NCBI GenBank assembly: GCA_045577175.1
Contig: JAZNHT010000022.1
Span: forward strand, 481 to 64,480
Length of the DNA stretch: 64,000 nucleotides
Direction of reading: 5' to 3'
Source of the DNA: Eubacteriales bacterium
GTDB taxonomy: Bacteria > Bacillota > Clostridia > Oscillospirales > CAG-272
The number at the start of each line of letters is the position of its first letter. Within the stretch, counting starts at the first letter, position 1. Made by a program: the position numbers and the translations under genes. The notes under the pieces were generated by a model. It saw nothing but the letters and a program-made list of their open reading frames with translations, was not told the origin of the DNA and did not search any database. Positions 1 through 8,972 of this stretch are shown here, one piece after another.

Positions 1-1674
1 GCCCTTTTCCTTGTCGAAGGACTTAACGTATACGTGGATCTTGTCGCCAACGGATACAACTTCGGAGGGATGACGGAGTCTCTTCCAGGACAGTTCGGAG
101 GTATGTACCATACCGTCTACGCCGCTGCCGAGATCGACGAATGCGCCGTAAGAGGTAAGGCTCTTGATAACGCCGTCGAACTCCTGACCCTCGGAAAGGG
201 TGCTCCAGAATGCTTCCTCCTGTGCGCGTCTCTCCTCGCGGAGTACGGCACGGATGGATGCGTATGCTCTTTTTCTCTCCGGCTTGATTTCGATGACCTT
301 CACGCGCTGGGTGGTACCAACGATCGTGGAAAGCTCGACATCCTTCGGCACACCGGTGAGGGATGCCGGAATAAATACGCGGACGCTCTTCAGAGAGATG
401 ATGACGCCGCCCTTGACGGCCTCAACGATGCGTCCCTCCATGATCTCGCCGGACTCAGCTGCGGCTACGATCAGATCCCAGTTTGCGTCGTTATCGACTC
501 TCGTCTTGTCGAGGGTTGCGATACCGTCAATATCGCTGACTTTGATGACCTTTGCTTTGATCTCGTCACCGACCTTAAACAGCTCGGAGAGCTTCGCGGA
601 CGGATCGTCCGTCAGCTTATCGTGTGTAATAACGCCCGTCGTCTTCGCGCCGAGATCCAGATGAATCTCGTTCTGCGAGATCGAGGTGATTACACCGGTA
701 ACTACGTCTCCTGTATTTAAAGTTTTGAGTGATTCCTCGAGAAGTTCTGCAAAGTTTTCCATTTGCTCTGCCATGGTTTGTTTTACCTCCTGTATTACAC
801 TGTACGGCGTCGATGCGCCGGCAGTTATGGACACAGTCTGACATCCGGTGAAGTCAATACCGGCAAGGTCGGATGCCCCCTCAATCAAGTACGATCGCGG
901 ACAGCGTTCGCGGCACACCGCATACAGCTTTGCCGTATTGGAGCTCGCACGGCTTCCGATGATCAGCATGACGTCGGACGCACCTGCCAATTCGGCGGCT
1001 TCCTTCTGTCTTTCTTCAGTCACAATACATATTGTATCATAAATTTTTGGATTTGTATATGCCTTTTTGAGAATTTCCAAACTTTTTTTCCATTCAGACA
1101 GCTTTTGGGTAGTCTGAGATGCCACGGAAACGGCAATTTCTTCCACGGTTACCACCTGTTTACCACCGTCGGCACGTTCGTCATCCAGAATTTGGGAAAG
1201 TTGCTCCGCTGTTTCAAAGACGGTACCGCCGTCGGCACAGCTCATAATCCCCTTGACCTCGGGATGCTCAGGCGCACCGAGGAGATAAAAACGCTTCCCC
1301 GCCCCCGAATTTTCGCGCGCAATCTTTCTGACCTTCTCCACAAACGGGCAGGTGCAGTTAAGCACGGTCAAGGACGGATTTTTCGCCGCGCACGTCTCCA
1401 GAGACGCAATCACACCGGCACTCTCGCCGTGCGCACGGATGACGACGGTCACACGCTCGCCGTGTTCGGCGCGCTTCATAAGCATGGGCAAATCGTCAGC
1501 GGAAATCTCACGGACGCCGCGTGCGGCGAGAGAGGAGCAGTATCCGTCATTGTGAATCAGCCGTCCGAGCGTTACGATCTCGGAATCGCCGCGCGCGATG
1601 GCATCCTCCACCGCCTCGGTAGCACGGCGCACGCCGAAGCAGAATCCGCCGTGGGACGCGACCGTGATCTTCAT
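1..1674 (-). CDS. ispH-rpsA: Fused 4-hydroxy-3-methylbut-2-enyl diphosphate reductase (IspH) / 30S ribosomal protein S1; truncated at window start
   Basis: Not in ORF track (no stop inside the window). ATG at 1674 reads MKITVASHGGFCFGVRRA..TLGRLIHN (IspH), then ..GASTPYSVIQEVKQT in frame into MAEQMENFAELLEESLKTLNTGDVVTGVI (S1 start at 774). This fusion is typical of Clostridia. Confidence 0.9.
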   Translation of the reverse strand, partial: MKITVASHGGFCFGVRRATEAVEDAIARGDSEIVTLGRLIHNDGYCSSLAARGVREISADDLPMLMKRAEHGERVTVVIRAHGESAGVIASLETCAAKNPSLTVLNCTCPFVEKVRKIARENSGAGKRFYLLGAPEHPEVKGIMSCADGGTVFETAEQLSQILDDERADGGKQVVTVEEIAVSVASQTTQKLSEWKKSLEILKKAYTNPKIYDTICIVTEERQKEAAELAGASDVMLIIGSRASSNTAKLYAVCRERCPRSYLIEGASDLAGIDFTGCQTVSITAGASTPYSVIQEVKQTMAEQMENFAELLEESLKTLNTGDVVTGVITSISQNEIHLDLGAKTTGVITHDKLTDDPSAKLSELFKVGDEIKAKVIKVSDIDGIATLDKTRVDNDANWDLIVAAAESGEIMEGRIVEAVKGGVIISLKSVRVFIPASLTGVPKDVELSTIVGTTQRVKVIEIKPERKRAYASIRAVLREERRAQEEAFWSTLSEGQEFDGVIKSLTSYGAFVDLGSGVDGMVHTSELSWKRLRHPSEVVSVGDKIHVYVKSFDKEKG

Positions 1675-2318
1675 TCCGTACCCTCCGCGGCGTCTTTCTT
1701 TTCGGGAAGCACTCTTTCATAGCCGCCGAGCGCGCAGATTTCGGAGAAAATCTTCTCCGATGCCGCCACGTACTCCGCTTTGCCGCCCTTTTCAAACGCG
1801 AACTGTTCAAACGGGATCGGATCGCCGAGGACGAGCTCCGTTTTCCTAAAGAAGCGGACGCGGTTGCCCTTCGCGCGGATATACGCCGGCACAACGTTCG
1901 CCTTGGCGTGCCATGTAATCATGCCGACGCCGTGCTTGATGTCCGTCGTCGCGGGATCGACGCCGGGATGCCGCGTGCCCTGCGGAAAGATACCGATCAG
2001 CTCGCCGCCCTCAATGAGGGAAATCGTGCGGCGGATACTGCCGACGTCCGCACCGCCGCGATCGACGGGGTACGCGCCGAGAATCGTTATAAGCCCCTTC
2101 AGAAGGGGGATTTTGAACAGCTCCTTTTTCGCCATGTAGCGGATCTGCCGCCCGAGTCCGGCGGAAAGGATCAGCACGTCGAGCATGCTCGTATGGTTGG
2201 CGCAAATGATGCAGCCGCCCGTTTTCGGCAGCTTTTCGCCGTTCACAACGCGAATGCGGAACAGCGCACGGACAGGCCATACGCAAATCGAATAAATAAT
2301 GCGGTAAATTTTACTCAT
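1671..2318 (-). CDS. plsC: 1-acyl-sn-glycerol-3-phosphate acyltransferase
   Basis: NHTSMLD (HxxxxD) and IFPQGTR motifs; lies between cmk and ispH. Confidence 0.9.
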   Translation of the reverse strand: MSKIYRIIYSICVWPVRALFRIRVVNGEKLPKTGGCIICANHTSMLDVLILSAGLGRQIRYMAKKELFKIPLLKGLITILGAYPVDRGGADVGSIRRTISLIEGGELIGIFPQGTRHPGVDPATTDIKHGVGMITWHAKANVVPAYIRAKGNRVRFFRKTELVLGDPIPFEQFAFEKGGKAEYVAASEKIFSEICALGGYERVLPEKKDAAEGTE

Positions 2319-2988
2319 GTGCGCACTTCTCCCGAATGAGGCGGAGTGCCTCCGCCACCGTTTCTTCAATATTCAATGCGGAATTGTCAAACAGAATCGC
2401 GTCCGCCGCAGGCTTCAGAGGCGCGATGTCACGGGAGGAATCCGCCTCGTCTCTCGCCACCGTTTCGGCAAGGATCTGCTCGTAGGTGCACGAAACGCCC
2501 TTCGCCGTCATCTCCAGATAGCGGCGTTTCGCACGTGCCTCCGCCGAAGCAACGAGGAACAGCTTCGCATCGGCATCGGGCATGATAACCGTACCTATAT
2601 CCCGTCCGTCCATGATGACGCCGCCGCGCTCGACCATATCCTTCTGGAGTCCGAGCAGAAACGCGCGCACCGCGGGGATCGCGGACACGGCGGATGCCGC
2701 CATCGAAATTTCGGGCGTGCGGATCCGTCCGCCGACATCCTCCCCGTTCAGAAGGACAGTCTGCACGCCATCCGCATACGCAAGCTCAACCTGCACGCCG
2801 CCGAGTGCGGCGGTAACAGCATCGGCATCCTTCGGCTCAATTCCGTTTCGCACCATATACAAGCCGACCGCGCGGTACAATGCCCCCGTATCTACATAAA
2901 TAATGGAAAGCTCGCGTGCCAGCGCACGGGCGAGCGTGCTCTTGCCCGAGCTGCTCGGTCCGTCAAGGGCGATCTTCAGTTTCTTCAT
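2311..2988 (-). CDS. cmk: Cytidylate kinase
   Basis: IALDGPSSSGKST, VDTGALYR and MDGRDIGTV motifs. Confidence 0.95.
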   Translation of the reverse strand: MKKLKIALDGPSSSGKSTLARALARELSIIYVDTGALYRAVGLYMVRNGIEPKDADAVTAALGGVQVELAYADGVQTVLLNGEDVGGRIRTPEISMAASAVSAIPAVRAFLLGLQKDMVERGGVIMDGRDIGTVIMPDADAKLFLVASAEARAKRRYLEMTAKGVSCTYEQILAETVARDEADSSRDIAPLKPAADAILFDNSALNIEETVAEALRLIREKCAHE

Positions 2989-4271
2989 ATATTCACAGTT
3001 CCTTTCGGAGATATATTTTCTTCGGCATACGAAGCCGCGCTCTGCCCTGCCGCGACACCGGTGGAGAACGCGATTTGCAGATTGTATCCGCCCGTGTACG
3101 CGTCTACGTCGATGACTTCTCCGGCAAAAAACAGACCGGGGCACCGCTTTGCCATCATCGTTTTCGTGTGAAGCTCGGCGACATCGACACCGCCCGAGGT
3201 GACAATCGCCTCATTGATCGGACGGAAGCGCAAAGGCGTGATCGGGAAATGCTTCAGTGTACGAAGCAGTGCCGTGCGCTGTACGCGCGTGAGCGTCCCT
3301 GCCTTGATGCGCTCGGGAATCTGTGCGTGCGCGATCACGGGCGCGATCAGCTTCTGCGGCAAAAGATCGCCGAGGGCGTTGACGAAATCGCGCTGTGCGT
3401 ATTTGGAAAGATCAGAAAGCAGCCGCGCGTCCAGCGTAGCGTCATCGAGCGCGGGCTTCAGATCGATCTCCATTTTGTAGTTGTGCATCGCGCCCCGCAT
3501 ATGGGCGGATGCGGACAAAACAAGCGGACCCGACACGCCGAAGTGCGTGAACAGCATCTCGCCCATCTCGGAAAAGACGGTCTTTCCGCCCTGCATGACA
3601 GTCAGCGTCACATTTCGGAGCGACAGTCCGGCAAGCGGTGCGAAATCCTCCTTTGTGACGATCGGTACAAGCGACGGAAGCGTTTCCGTAACGGCAAGTC
3701 CTGCGTTTTCGGCAAGGCGGTAGCCGTCACCGCGCGATCCCGTGCCCGGGTACGAGACGCCGCCGGTCGCAACGATCACGGCACCGTGGGGATGCGCACC
3801 GCTGACCGTAACAACGCCCGTCACGGCGCGTCCGCCGTCCGTTTCGGCAAACGCGAGTGCCTCCACTGCCTCGTGCACGACGGCAACGCCGAGTGCGCGC
3901 ATCCGTTTTTCCATTGCAGCGGAAATATCCGTCGCGCGGTCGGATACGGGAAACACTCTCCGTCCGCGCTCCGTTTTCAAAGGCACGCCTGCCTCCTCAA
4001 AAAAGGCGATCGTATCCGCAGGCGTGAAGCGGTACAGCGCACCGCGCAGAAATTTCGGATTCTTCGTAACGGCATCCATGATCTCGGCAGGCGAGCAATC
4101 GTTTGTGACGTTGCACCGTCCCTTGCCCGTGATCCGCAGCTTTTTGCCGAGGACAGCGTTCGGCTCATATACTGTGACCGAGGCACCTGCCTCCGCCGCC
4201 GCGATCGCCGCCATCATCCCTGCGGCACCGCCGCCGATTACGGCGACCGATCCTTCGTTATTCATCGGCAT
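2985..4271 (-). CDS. HI0933/YhiN-family FAD-dependent oxidoreductase
   Basis: GGGAAGMMAA, ITGKGRCNVTN, ATGGVSYPGTGSRGDG and GGYNLQIAFSTG motifs. Confidence 0.92.
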   Translation of the reverse strand: MPMNNEGSVAVIGGGAAGMMAAIAAAEAGASVTVYEPNAVLGKKLRITGKGRCNVTNDCSPAEIMDAVTKNPKFLRGALYRFTPADTIAFFEEAGVPLKTERGRRVFPVSDRATDISAAMEKRMRALGVAVVHEAVEALAFAETDGGRAVTGVVTVSGAHPHGAVIVATGGVSYPGTGSRGDGYRLAENAGLAVTETLPSLVPIVTKEDFAPLAGLSLRNVTLTVMQGGKTVFSEMGEMLFTHFGVSGPLVLSASAHMRGAMHNYKMEIDLKPALDDATLDARLLSDLSKYAQRDFVNALGDLLPQKLIAPVIAHAQIPERIKAGTLTRVQRTALLRTLKHFPITPLRFRPINEAIVTSGGVDVAELHTKTMMAKRCPGLFFAGEVIDVDAYTGGYNLQIAFSTGVAAGQSAASYAEENISPKGTVNI

Positions 4272-5139
4272 CCGTCCGTCTGTGCTCGCTCTTATCGTAG
4301 ACGTGGAACGTGTCCCACACGTCCTCGAGCTTCGTGAGCGTAGCGGCAAGCTCGTCTTGCTTTTTGCGCGTGACGGCGGCAAGCAGGGCGTTGATGATCG
4401 ACAGCGGCGCGACGAGCGAATCGACAAACGATGCCATATCACTCCGCGCGGTAAGGACGGCGTGCGCCCCCTTTGCAATCGGGGAGTTCTCGCTGTCCGT
4501 CAACGAGACGACCTTCGCACCCGTCTGCGACGCATACTCCACGGCGTTGACAATCCGGCTTGAATAGCGCGGAAAGCTGACGGCAAGCATCACGTCACGC
4601 TCGTCCATGCGGAGGAGCTGCTCAAAAATCTCGCTGCCGCTTGTCGTGCGGATCATGCGGACATTTTCAAACATATAGCTGAGATAATAATTCAGAAACT
4701 CAGCCAAGGCGGAGGAGGAGCGCACGCCGATGATGTAGATCGTGCGCGCGCCGAGGATCGCTTCCACAGCACGATCAAACGCCGCGCGGTCGATGTGCTC
4801 GAGCGTATACTTGATTTTCTCCGCGTCGGAGGTTAGCACCGCGTCCAAAACGGACGTCGTGCCGAAGCGCTTGTTCGTGACCTCGATTCTTTGCAGAGAG
4901 GTGAGGCGCATACGCACCGTCTCCTGCACCATATGCTGGAGCGCGGGATACCCGTCAAAGCCGAGCTCCAGCGCAAAGCGGACAACGGTCGATTCCGACA
5001 CAGCCGCCTCCTCACCGAGCTGGGCGGCGGTCATATACGCCGCTTTATCGTAATGATCTCTGATAAAATTCGCTATTCTTTTCTGTCCCTTGGAAAGAGT
5101 CGGCATCGCTTCGTCGATAATTTTCAAAAGATCCTGCAT
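4258..5139 (-). CDS. MurR/RpiR-family transcriptional regulator (HTH + SIS domain)
   Basis: LSKGQKRIA..VSESTVVRFA N-terminal HTH; SIS domain with SFPRYS and LTDSENSPIA. Confidence 0.92.
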   Translation of the reverse strand: MQDLLKIIDEAMPTLSKGQKRIANFIRDHYDKAAYMTAAQLGEEAAVSESTVVRFALELGFDGYPALQHMVQETVRMRLTSLQRIEVTNKRFGTTSVLDAVLTSDAEKIKYTLEHIDRAAFDRAVEAILGARTIYIIGVRSSSALAEFLNYYLSYMFENVRMIRTTSGSEIFEQLLRMDERDVMLAVSFPRYSSRIVNAVEYASQTGAKVVSLTDSENSPIAKGAHAVLTARSDMASFVDSLVAPLSIINALLAAVTRKKQDELAATLTKLEDVWDTFHVYDKSEHRRTDADE

Positions 5140-5289
5140 AGAGTGAACCCTTTCTTTCGTGCGAAGGCGCACAGTTACTATTCTATCATTATATAAGAAA
5201 AATCCGCGAATGTCAAGAAAGATGCGCACCGCAGGTGAATATTTTCCCGAAATCCGTGCATTTATTGCCAAAAAAGGCATCCTTATTCA

Positions 5290-5318
5290 TTGACAATCCG
5301 TGACAGGCGTGCTATAAT
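5290..5318 (+). promoter_or_regulatory. SigA promoter of asd
   Basis: TTGACA-17 bp-TATAAT with TG extension. Confidence 0.8.
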
Positions 5319-5374
5319 ATTTCTATTACAAATATTTTTGAAATCAATCATCCGCACACGCGGATTACGGAAGG

Positions 5375-6463
5375 ATGGATACTATGAGTAAAAAAATCAG
5401 AGCCGGTATCGTCGGCGCCACGGGTATGGTCGGTCAGCGTTTTATCACGCTTTTGCAGGATCACCCCTATTTCACCCTGACAGCCCTCGCCGCAAGCGCA
5501 CGCTCCGCAGGCCGCCCCTATGAGGAGGCTGTCGCAGGCCGCTGGAAAATGGCTACTCCCATGCCGGAGGACGTCGCGAAGATGACCGTCATCGACGCCG
5601 CTGACATCGAGGCAATGAAGGAGAAGGTCGACTTCGTCTTCTGCGCAGTCGATATGAAGAAGCCCGACATCCTCGCGCTGGAGGAAGCATACGCAAAAGC
5701 AGAGATCCCCGTCGTTTCCAACAACTCCGCAAACCGCTGGACGGACGATGTTCCGATGGTCATCCCGGAGATCAACGACATCCACACGAACGTCATCAAG
5801 AGCCAGAGAGCACGCCTCGGCACCAAGCGCGGCTTCATCGCCGTCAAGCCGAACTGCTCCATCCAGGCATACGTTGCCGCTTTGACGCCGCTTCGCAAGT
5901 ACGGCATCAAGGAAGTCGTTGCGACAACCTATCAGGCAATCAGCGGTGCCGGCAAGACGTTCAACGAGTGGCCCGAGATGGTTGACAACCTGATCCCGTT
6001 CATCTCCGGCGAGGAGGAAAAGAGCGAGAAGGAACCGCTCAAGATCTGGGGCGAGGAGAAAGACGGCGTGATCGTGACCGCAAAGGCGCCGCTTATCACC
6101 ACGCAGTGCCTGCGCGTGCCTGTCACTGACGGTCACACCTGTGCCGTTTTCGTGAACTTCGAGAACAAGCCGACCAAGGAGCAGATCCTGGCTGAGTGGA
6201 AAGCATTCCGCGGCGCACCGCAGCTGCTCGGTCTGCCGCACGCACCCGAACAGTTCATCACCTATTTTGAGGAAGAGAACCGCCCGCAGGCGCGCCTCGA
6301 CCGCGACATCTACGGCGGTATGGGCGTCACCCTCGGCCGTCTCAGAGAGGATACTTTGTTCGATTACAAGTTTGTCGGACTTGCGCACAACACCCTCCGC
6401 GGTGCCGCAGGCGGTGCCGTTCTGACTGCAGAGCTACTCTACCGTCAGGGCTATCTGGACTAA
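5375..6463 (+). CDS. asd: Aspartate-semialdehyde dehydrogenase
   Basis: GIVGATGMVGQRF, KPNCS (catalytic Cys), RVPVTDGH and HNTLRGAAGG. Confidence 0.95.
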   Translation: MDTMSKKIRAGIVGATGMVGQRFITLLQDHPYFTLTALAASARSAGRPYEEAVAGRWKMATPMPEDVAKMTVIDAADIEAMKEKVDFVFCAVDMKKPDILALEEAYAKAEIPVVSNNSANRWTDDVPMVIPEINDIHTNVIKSQRARLGTKRGFIAVKPNCSIQAYVAALTPLRKYGIKEVVATTYQAISGAGKTFNEWPEMVDNLIPFISGEEEKSEKEPLKIWGEEKDGVIVTAKAPLITTQCLRVPVTDGHTCAVFVNFENKPTKEQILAEWKAFRGAPQLLGLPHAPEQFITYFEEENRPQARLDRDIYGGMGVTLGRLREDTLFDYKFVGLAHNTLRGAAGGAVLTAELLYRQGYLD

Positions 6464-6480
6464 TTGAATAGGGATACGTC

Positions 6481-6620
6481 GGGGAGAGACTTTTGCAAAA
6501 GTCCCTCCCCGCACCCCTCCTCAAAACCTTTTGAGCGAGGGGATTTTTTATCTGTAGTGTCCCCCTTTTTTTATTTTTTTGGGGGGGTGTGGGGGAGCTT
6601 TTTTTCAAAAAGCTCCCCTA
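6481..6620. repeat. Intergenic palindromic hairpin pair (REP-like)
   Basis: GGGGAGAGACTTTTGCAAAAGTCCCTCCCC and GGGGAGCTTTTTTTCAAAAAGCTCCCC; a related hairpin lies at about 31168-31200. Confidence 0.55.
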
Positions 6621-6754
6621 TCCTCCAAATTCCGTCAAAATGCAAAAATCTTATTAAAAATTTCAAAAATCTATGTACAAACCGCCGAAAGTATGGTATA
6701 ATATACTTGCAGACGGGAAACCGTATGCAATACTCTAAAAAAGGTGGGTTGTAT

Positions 6755-7285
6755 ATGAAGATTACCTTTACAGGCAGACAGATGAGTGTCCGAGACTCGC
6801 TCAAGGCTCTTGCGGAAAAGAAGCTCGCCAAATTCGACCGCTTTTTCCGTGATGACGCGGAGGTGACGATCAAATTCGGCTACGTCCGTAATCTCGAACG
6901 GGTCGAGATTACGATCGCCGCAGACGGCACGCTGTACCGCTGTGAGGAGGAAGCCTCCACCTATGAAACCGCGCTGGACGGATGCGTAGACTCCATTGAG
7001 AGACAGATCCGCAAAAACAAAACGCGGCTCGAACGCCGACTGCGCGAGGGTGCATTCGCGGCACCGATCTATGACACGGATGCAGCGGACGAAATTGAGG
7101 AGGAAGGCGATTTCTCCATCCGCGTAAAGGAATTTTCCATTAAGCCGATGACGCCCGAGGAAGCGATTTTGCAGATGAATCTGCTCGGGCACACGTTTTT
7201 CGTCTTCCGCGATGCGGATACGGAGAACACCTGCGTGGTTTATAAACGCAAGGACGGCGCATACGGCATGATCGTACCGGCATAA
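6755..7285 (+). CDS. hpf: Ribosome hibernation promoting factor (long HPF/RaiA)
   Basis: MKITFTGRQ..ERQIRKNKTRL; C-terminal KPMTPEEAILQMNLLGH..VVYKRKDGAYG. Confidence 0.95.
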   Translation: MKITFTGRQMSVRDSLKALAEKKLAKFDRFFRDDAEVTIKFGYVRNLERVEITIAADGTLYRCEEEASTYETALDGCVDSIERQIRKNKTRLERRLREGAFAAPIYDTDAADEIEEEGDFSIRVKEFSIKPMTPEEAILQMNLLGHTFFVFRDADTENTCVVYKRKDGAYGMIVPA

Positions 7286-7292
7286 AAATCAC

Positions 7293-7324
7293 AAGCGGCT
7301 CGCACAAAGCGAGCCGCTTTTTTA
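7293..7324 (+). terminator. Rho-independent terminator after hpf
   Basis: AAGCGGCTCGC-ACAAA-GCGAGCCGCTT followed by a T run. Confidence 0.85.
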
Positions 7325-7371
7325 ATACACTCAATTACCTTTTGTGTTCCCGAATGAGTTTGGGGTTAGAT

Positions 7372-7533
7372 AAAGGCTCTCCCTCAGGGAGAGCTGTCAG
7401 CAGGACTTCGACACCGTCGAACGTCTCGCTGACTGAGAGGGGGAAAACTGACGGATTTCGATCATTAGCCCTCTCCGTCACACCTTCGGTGCGCCACCTC
7501 TCCCACTCCATTTTCGATGGCGGGAGAGGCTTT
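7372..7533. repeat. Composite REP-like/MITE-like intergenic element, family A, copy 1
   Basis: Nested hairpins; 7469-7505 is the exact 37-bp reverse complement of 56692-56728. Confidence 0.8.
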
Positions 7534-7626
7534 GGATAAATTAAAACTCATTTCGAAAACACATTGCCGAATTGGGAATTTTGATACAAAAACCGCCGCA
7601 CATCCGTGCGGCGGTTCTCTGTTTGA

Positions 7627-8739
7627 TTAGTGAACGATGTAGCGCTCGGTGTCCTTGTCGAAGAAGTGAACACGGGACATATCGATCGCAATATTGATGA
7701 CGTCGCCTGCGCGCGCGGTGGAGCGAGCGGAAACGCGTGCCGTCATGCTCTGCTCGTTTGCAACGAGGTAGAGATAGATCTCGGAGCCCATAAGCTCGGT
7801 AACCTCAACGTCGCACTCGATGATGGAATCGGGCATAGCGGAGAGGTACATCGGCTCATCGTGGATGCTCTCGGGACGGATACCCATGACAACTTCCTTG
7901 CCGATATATTCCTTAACAGCCGGATCGTTTGCCTTCTCAGCCGGCAGCTTGAGAGAATCGGCACCGAATACTGCGTAGATACCGCCGTCCTTCTCCTCGA
8001 GCGTGCAGTTGATGAAGTTCATCTGCGGCGTGCCGATAAAGCCGGCAACGAAGAGGTTTACGGGCAGATCGTACAGGTTCTGCGGCGTGTCTACCTGCTG
8101 GATGAGACCGTCCTTCATAACGACGATACGGGTAGCCATCGTCATAGCCTCGACCTGGTCGTGCGTAACGTATACGAACGTGGTACCGACTCTCTGATGG
8201 ATCTTGGTAAGCTCGGTTCTCATCGTCGCACGGAGCTTAGCGTCCAGGTTGGAAAGCGGCTCGTCGAGAAGGAATACCTTCGGGTTACGGACGATTGCAC
8301 GACCGAGTGCAACACGCTGCTTCTGACCGCCGGAGAGAGCCTTCGGCTTTCTGTCAAGAAGGTGGGTGATGTCAAGGATACGAGCAGCCTCTTCAACGCG
8401 GCGCTTGATCTCCTCCTTCGGGGTCTTGCGGAGCTTCAGACCGAATGCCATGTTGTCAAATACGGACATGTGCGGGTACAGAGCGTAGTTCTGGAATACC
8501 ATCGCAATGTCACGGTCCTTCGGCGCGACGTCGTTAACGAGTCTGTCACCGATGAAAAGTTCACCCTCGGAGATCTCCTCAAGACCTGCGATCATGCGGA
8601 GCGTCGTGGACTTACCGCAACCGGAAGGGCCGACGAGAACGAGGAACTCTTTGTCCTTGATCTCCAGGCAGAAGTCCGATACAGCGGTTACGCCGCCGGG
8701 GTACTTTTTATAGATGTGCTTAAGGGAAAGGCTTGCCAT
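7627..8739 (-). CDS. msmX: Sugar ABC transporter ATP-binding protein (MsmX/UgpC type)
   Basis: GPSGCGKST, LSGGQKQRVALGRA, LLDEPLSNLD and C-terminal TOBE/OB region; no permease genes adjacent. Confidence 0.92.
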   Translation of the reverse strand: MASLSLKHIYKKYPGGVTAVSDFCLEIKDKEFLVLVGPSGCGKSTTLRMIAGLEEISEGELFIGDRLVNDVAPKDRDIAMVFQNYALYPHMSVFDNMAFGLKLRKTPKEEIKRRVEEAARILDITHLLDRKPKALSGGQKQRVALGRAIVRNPKVFLLDEPLSNLDAKLRATMRTELTKIHQRVGTTFVYVTHDQVEAMTMATRIVVMKDGLIQQVDTPQNLYDLPVNLFVAGFIGTPQMNFINCTLEEKDGGIYAVFGADSLKLPAEKANDPAVKEYIGKEVVMGIRPESIHDEPMYLSAMPDSIIECDVEVTELMGSEIYLYLVANEQSMTARVSARSTARAGDVINIAIDMSRVHFFDKDTERYIVH

Positions 8740-8972
8740 GTATGTATCCTCCTAAAGATTATCAAGTGGAATAATTTTGAAAGCCGATTCGGCGAAAGGC
8801 GCAAAACGGCATAATTTACACCGTGATATATTGTACCAAAAAATCACGCAAAATGGAAGGGTTTTTTTCTCCAAAATTTATTTTCTATATTTGTATACTT
8901 TGCACAAACAACGGAAAGGCTGTCCCGGTTTCGTAAAGTTGCGCGCCGCTTCGGTCTCTAATTTTATTAGAA

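Noticed and set aside
34-1722. Plus-strand ORFs 34..720 and 763..1722, and many other long antisense ORFs (e.g. 7630..8814, 9042..11159, 35800..36900)
   Set aside because: They are shadows of well-supported genes on the opposite strand, produced by GC-rich codon bias; they have no recognisable motifs or RBS.
6464-6754. Possible raiA-motif RNA upstream of hpf/raiA
   Set aside because: The region holds only simple palindromic hairpins and a promoter; I could not see the conserved raiA-motif segments.
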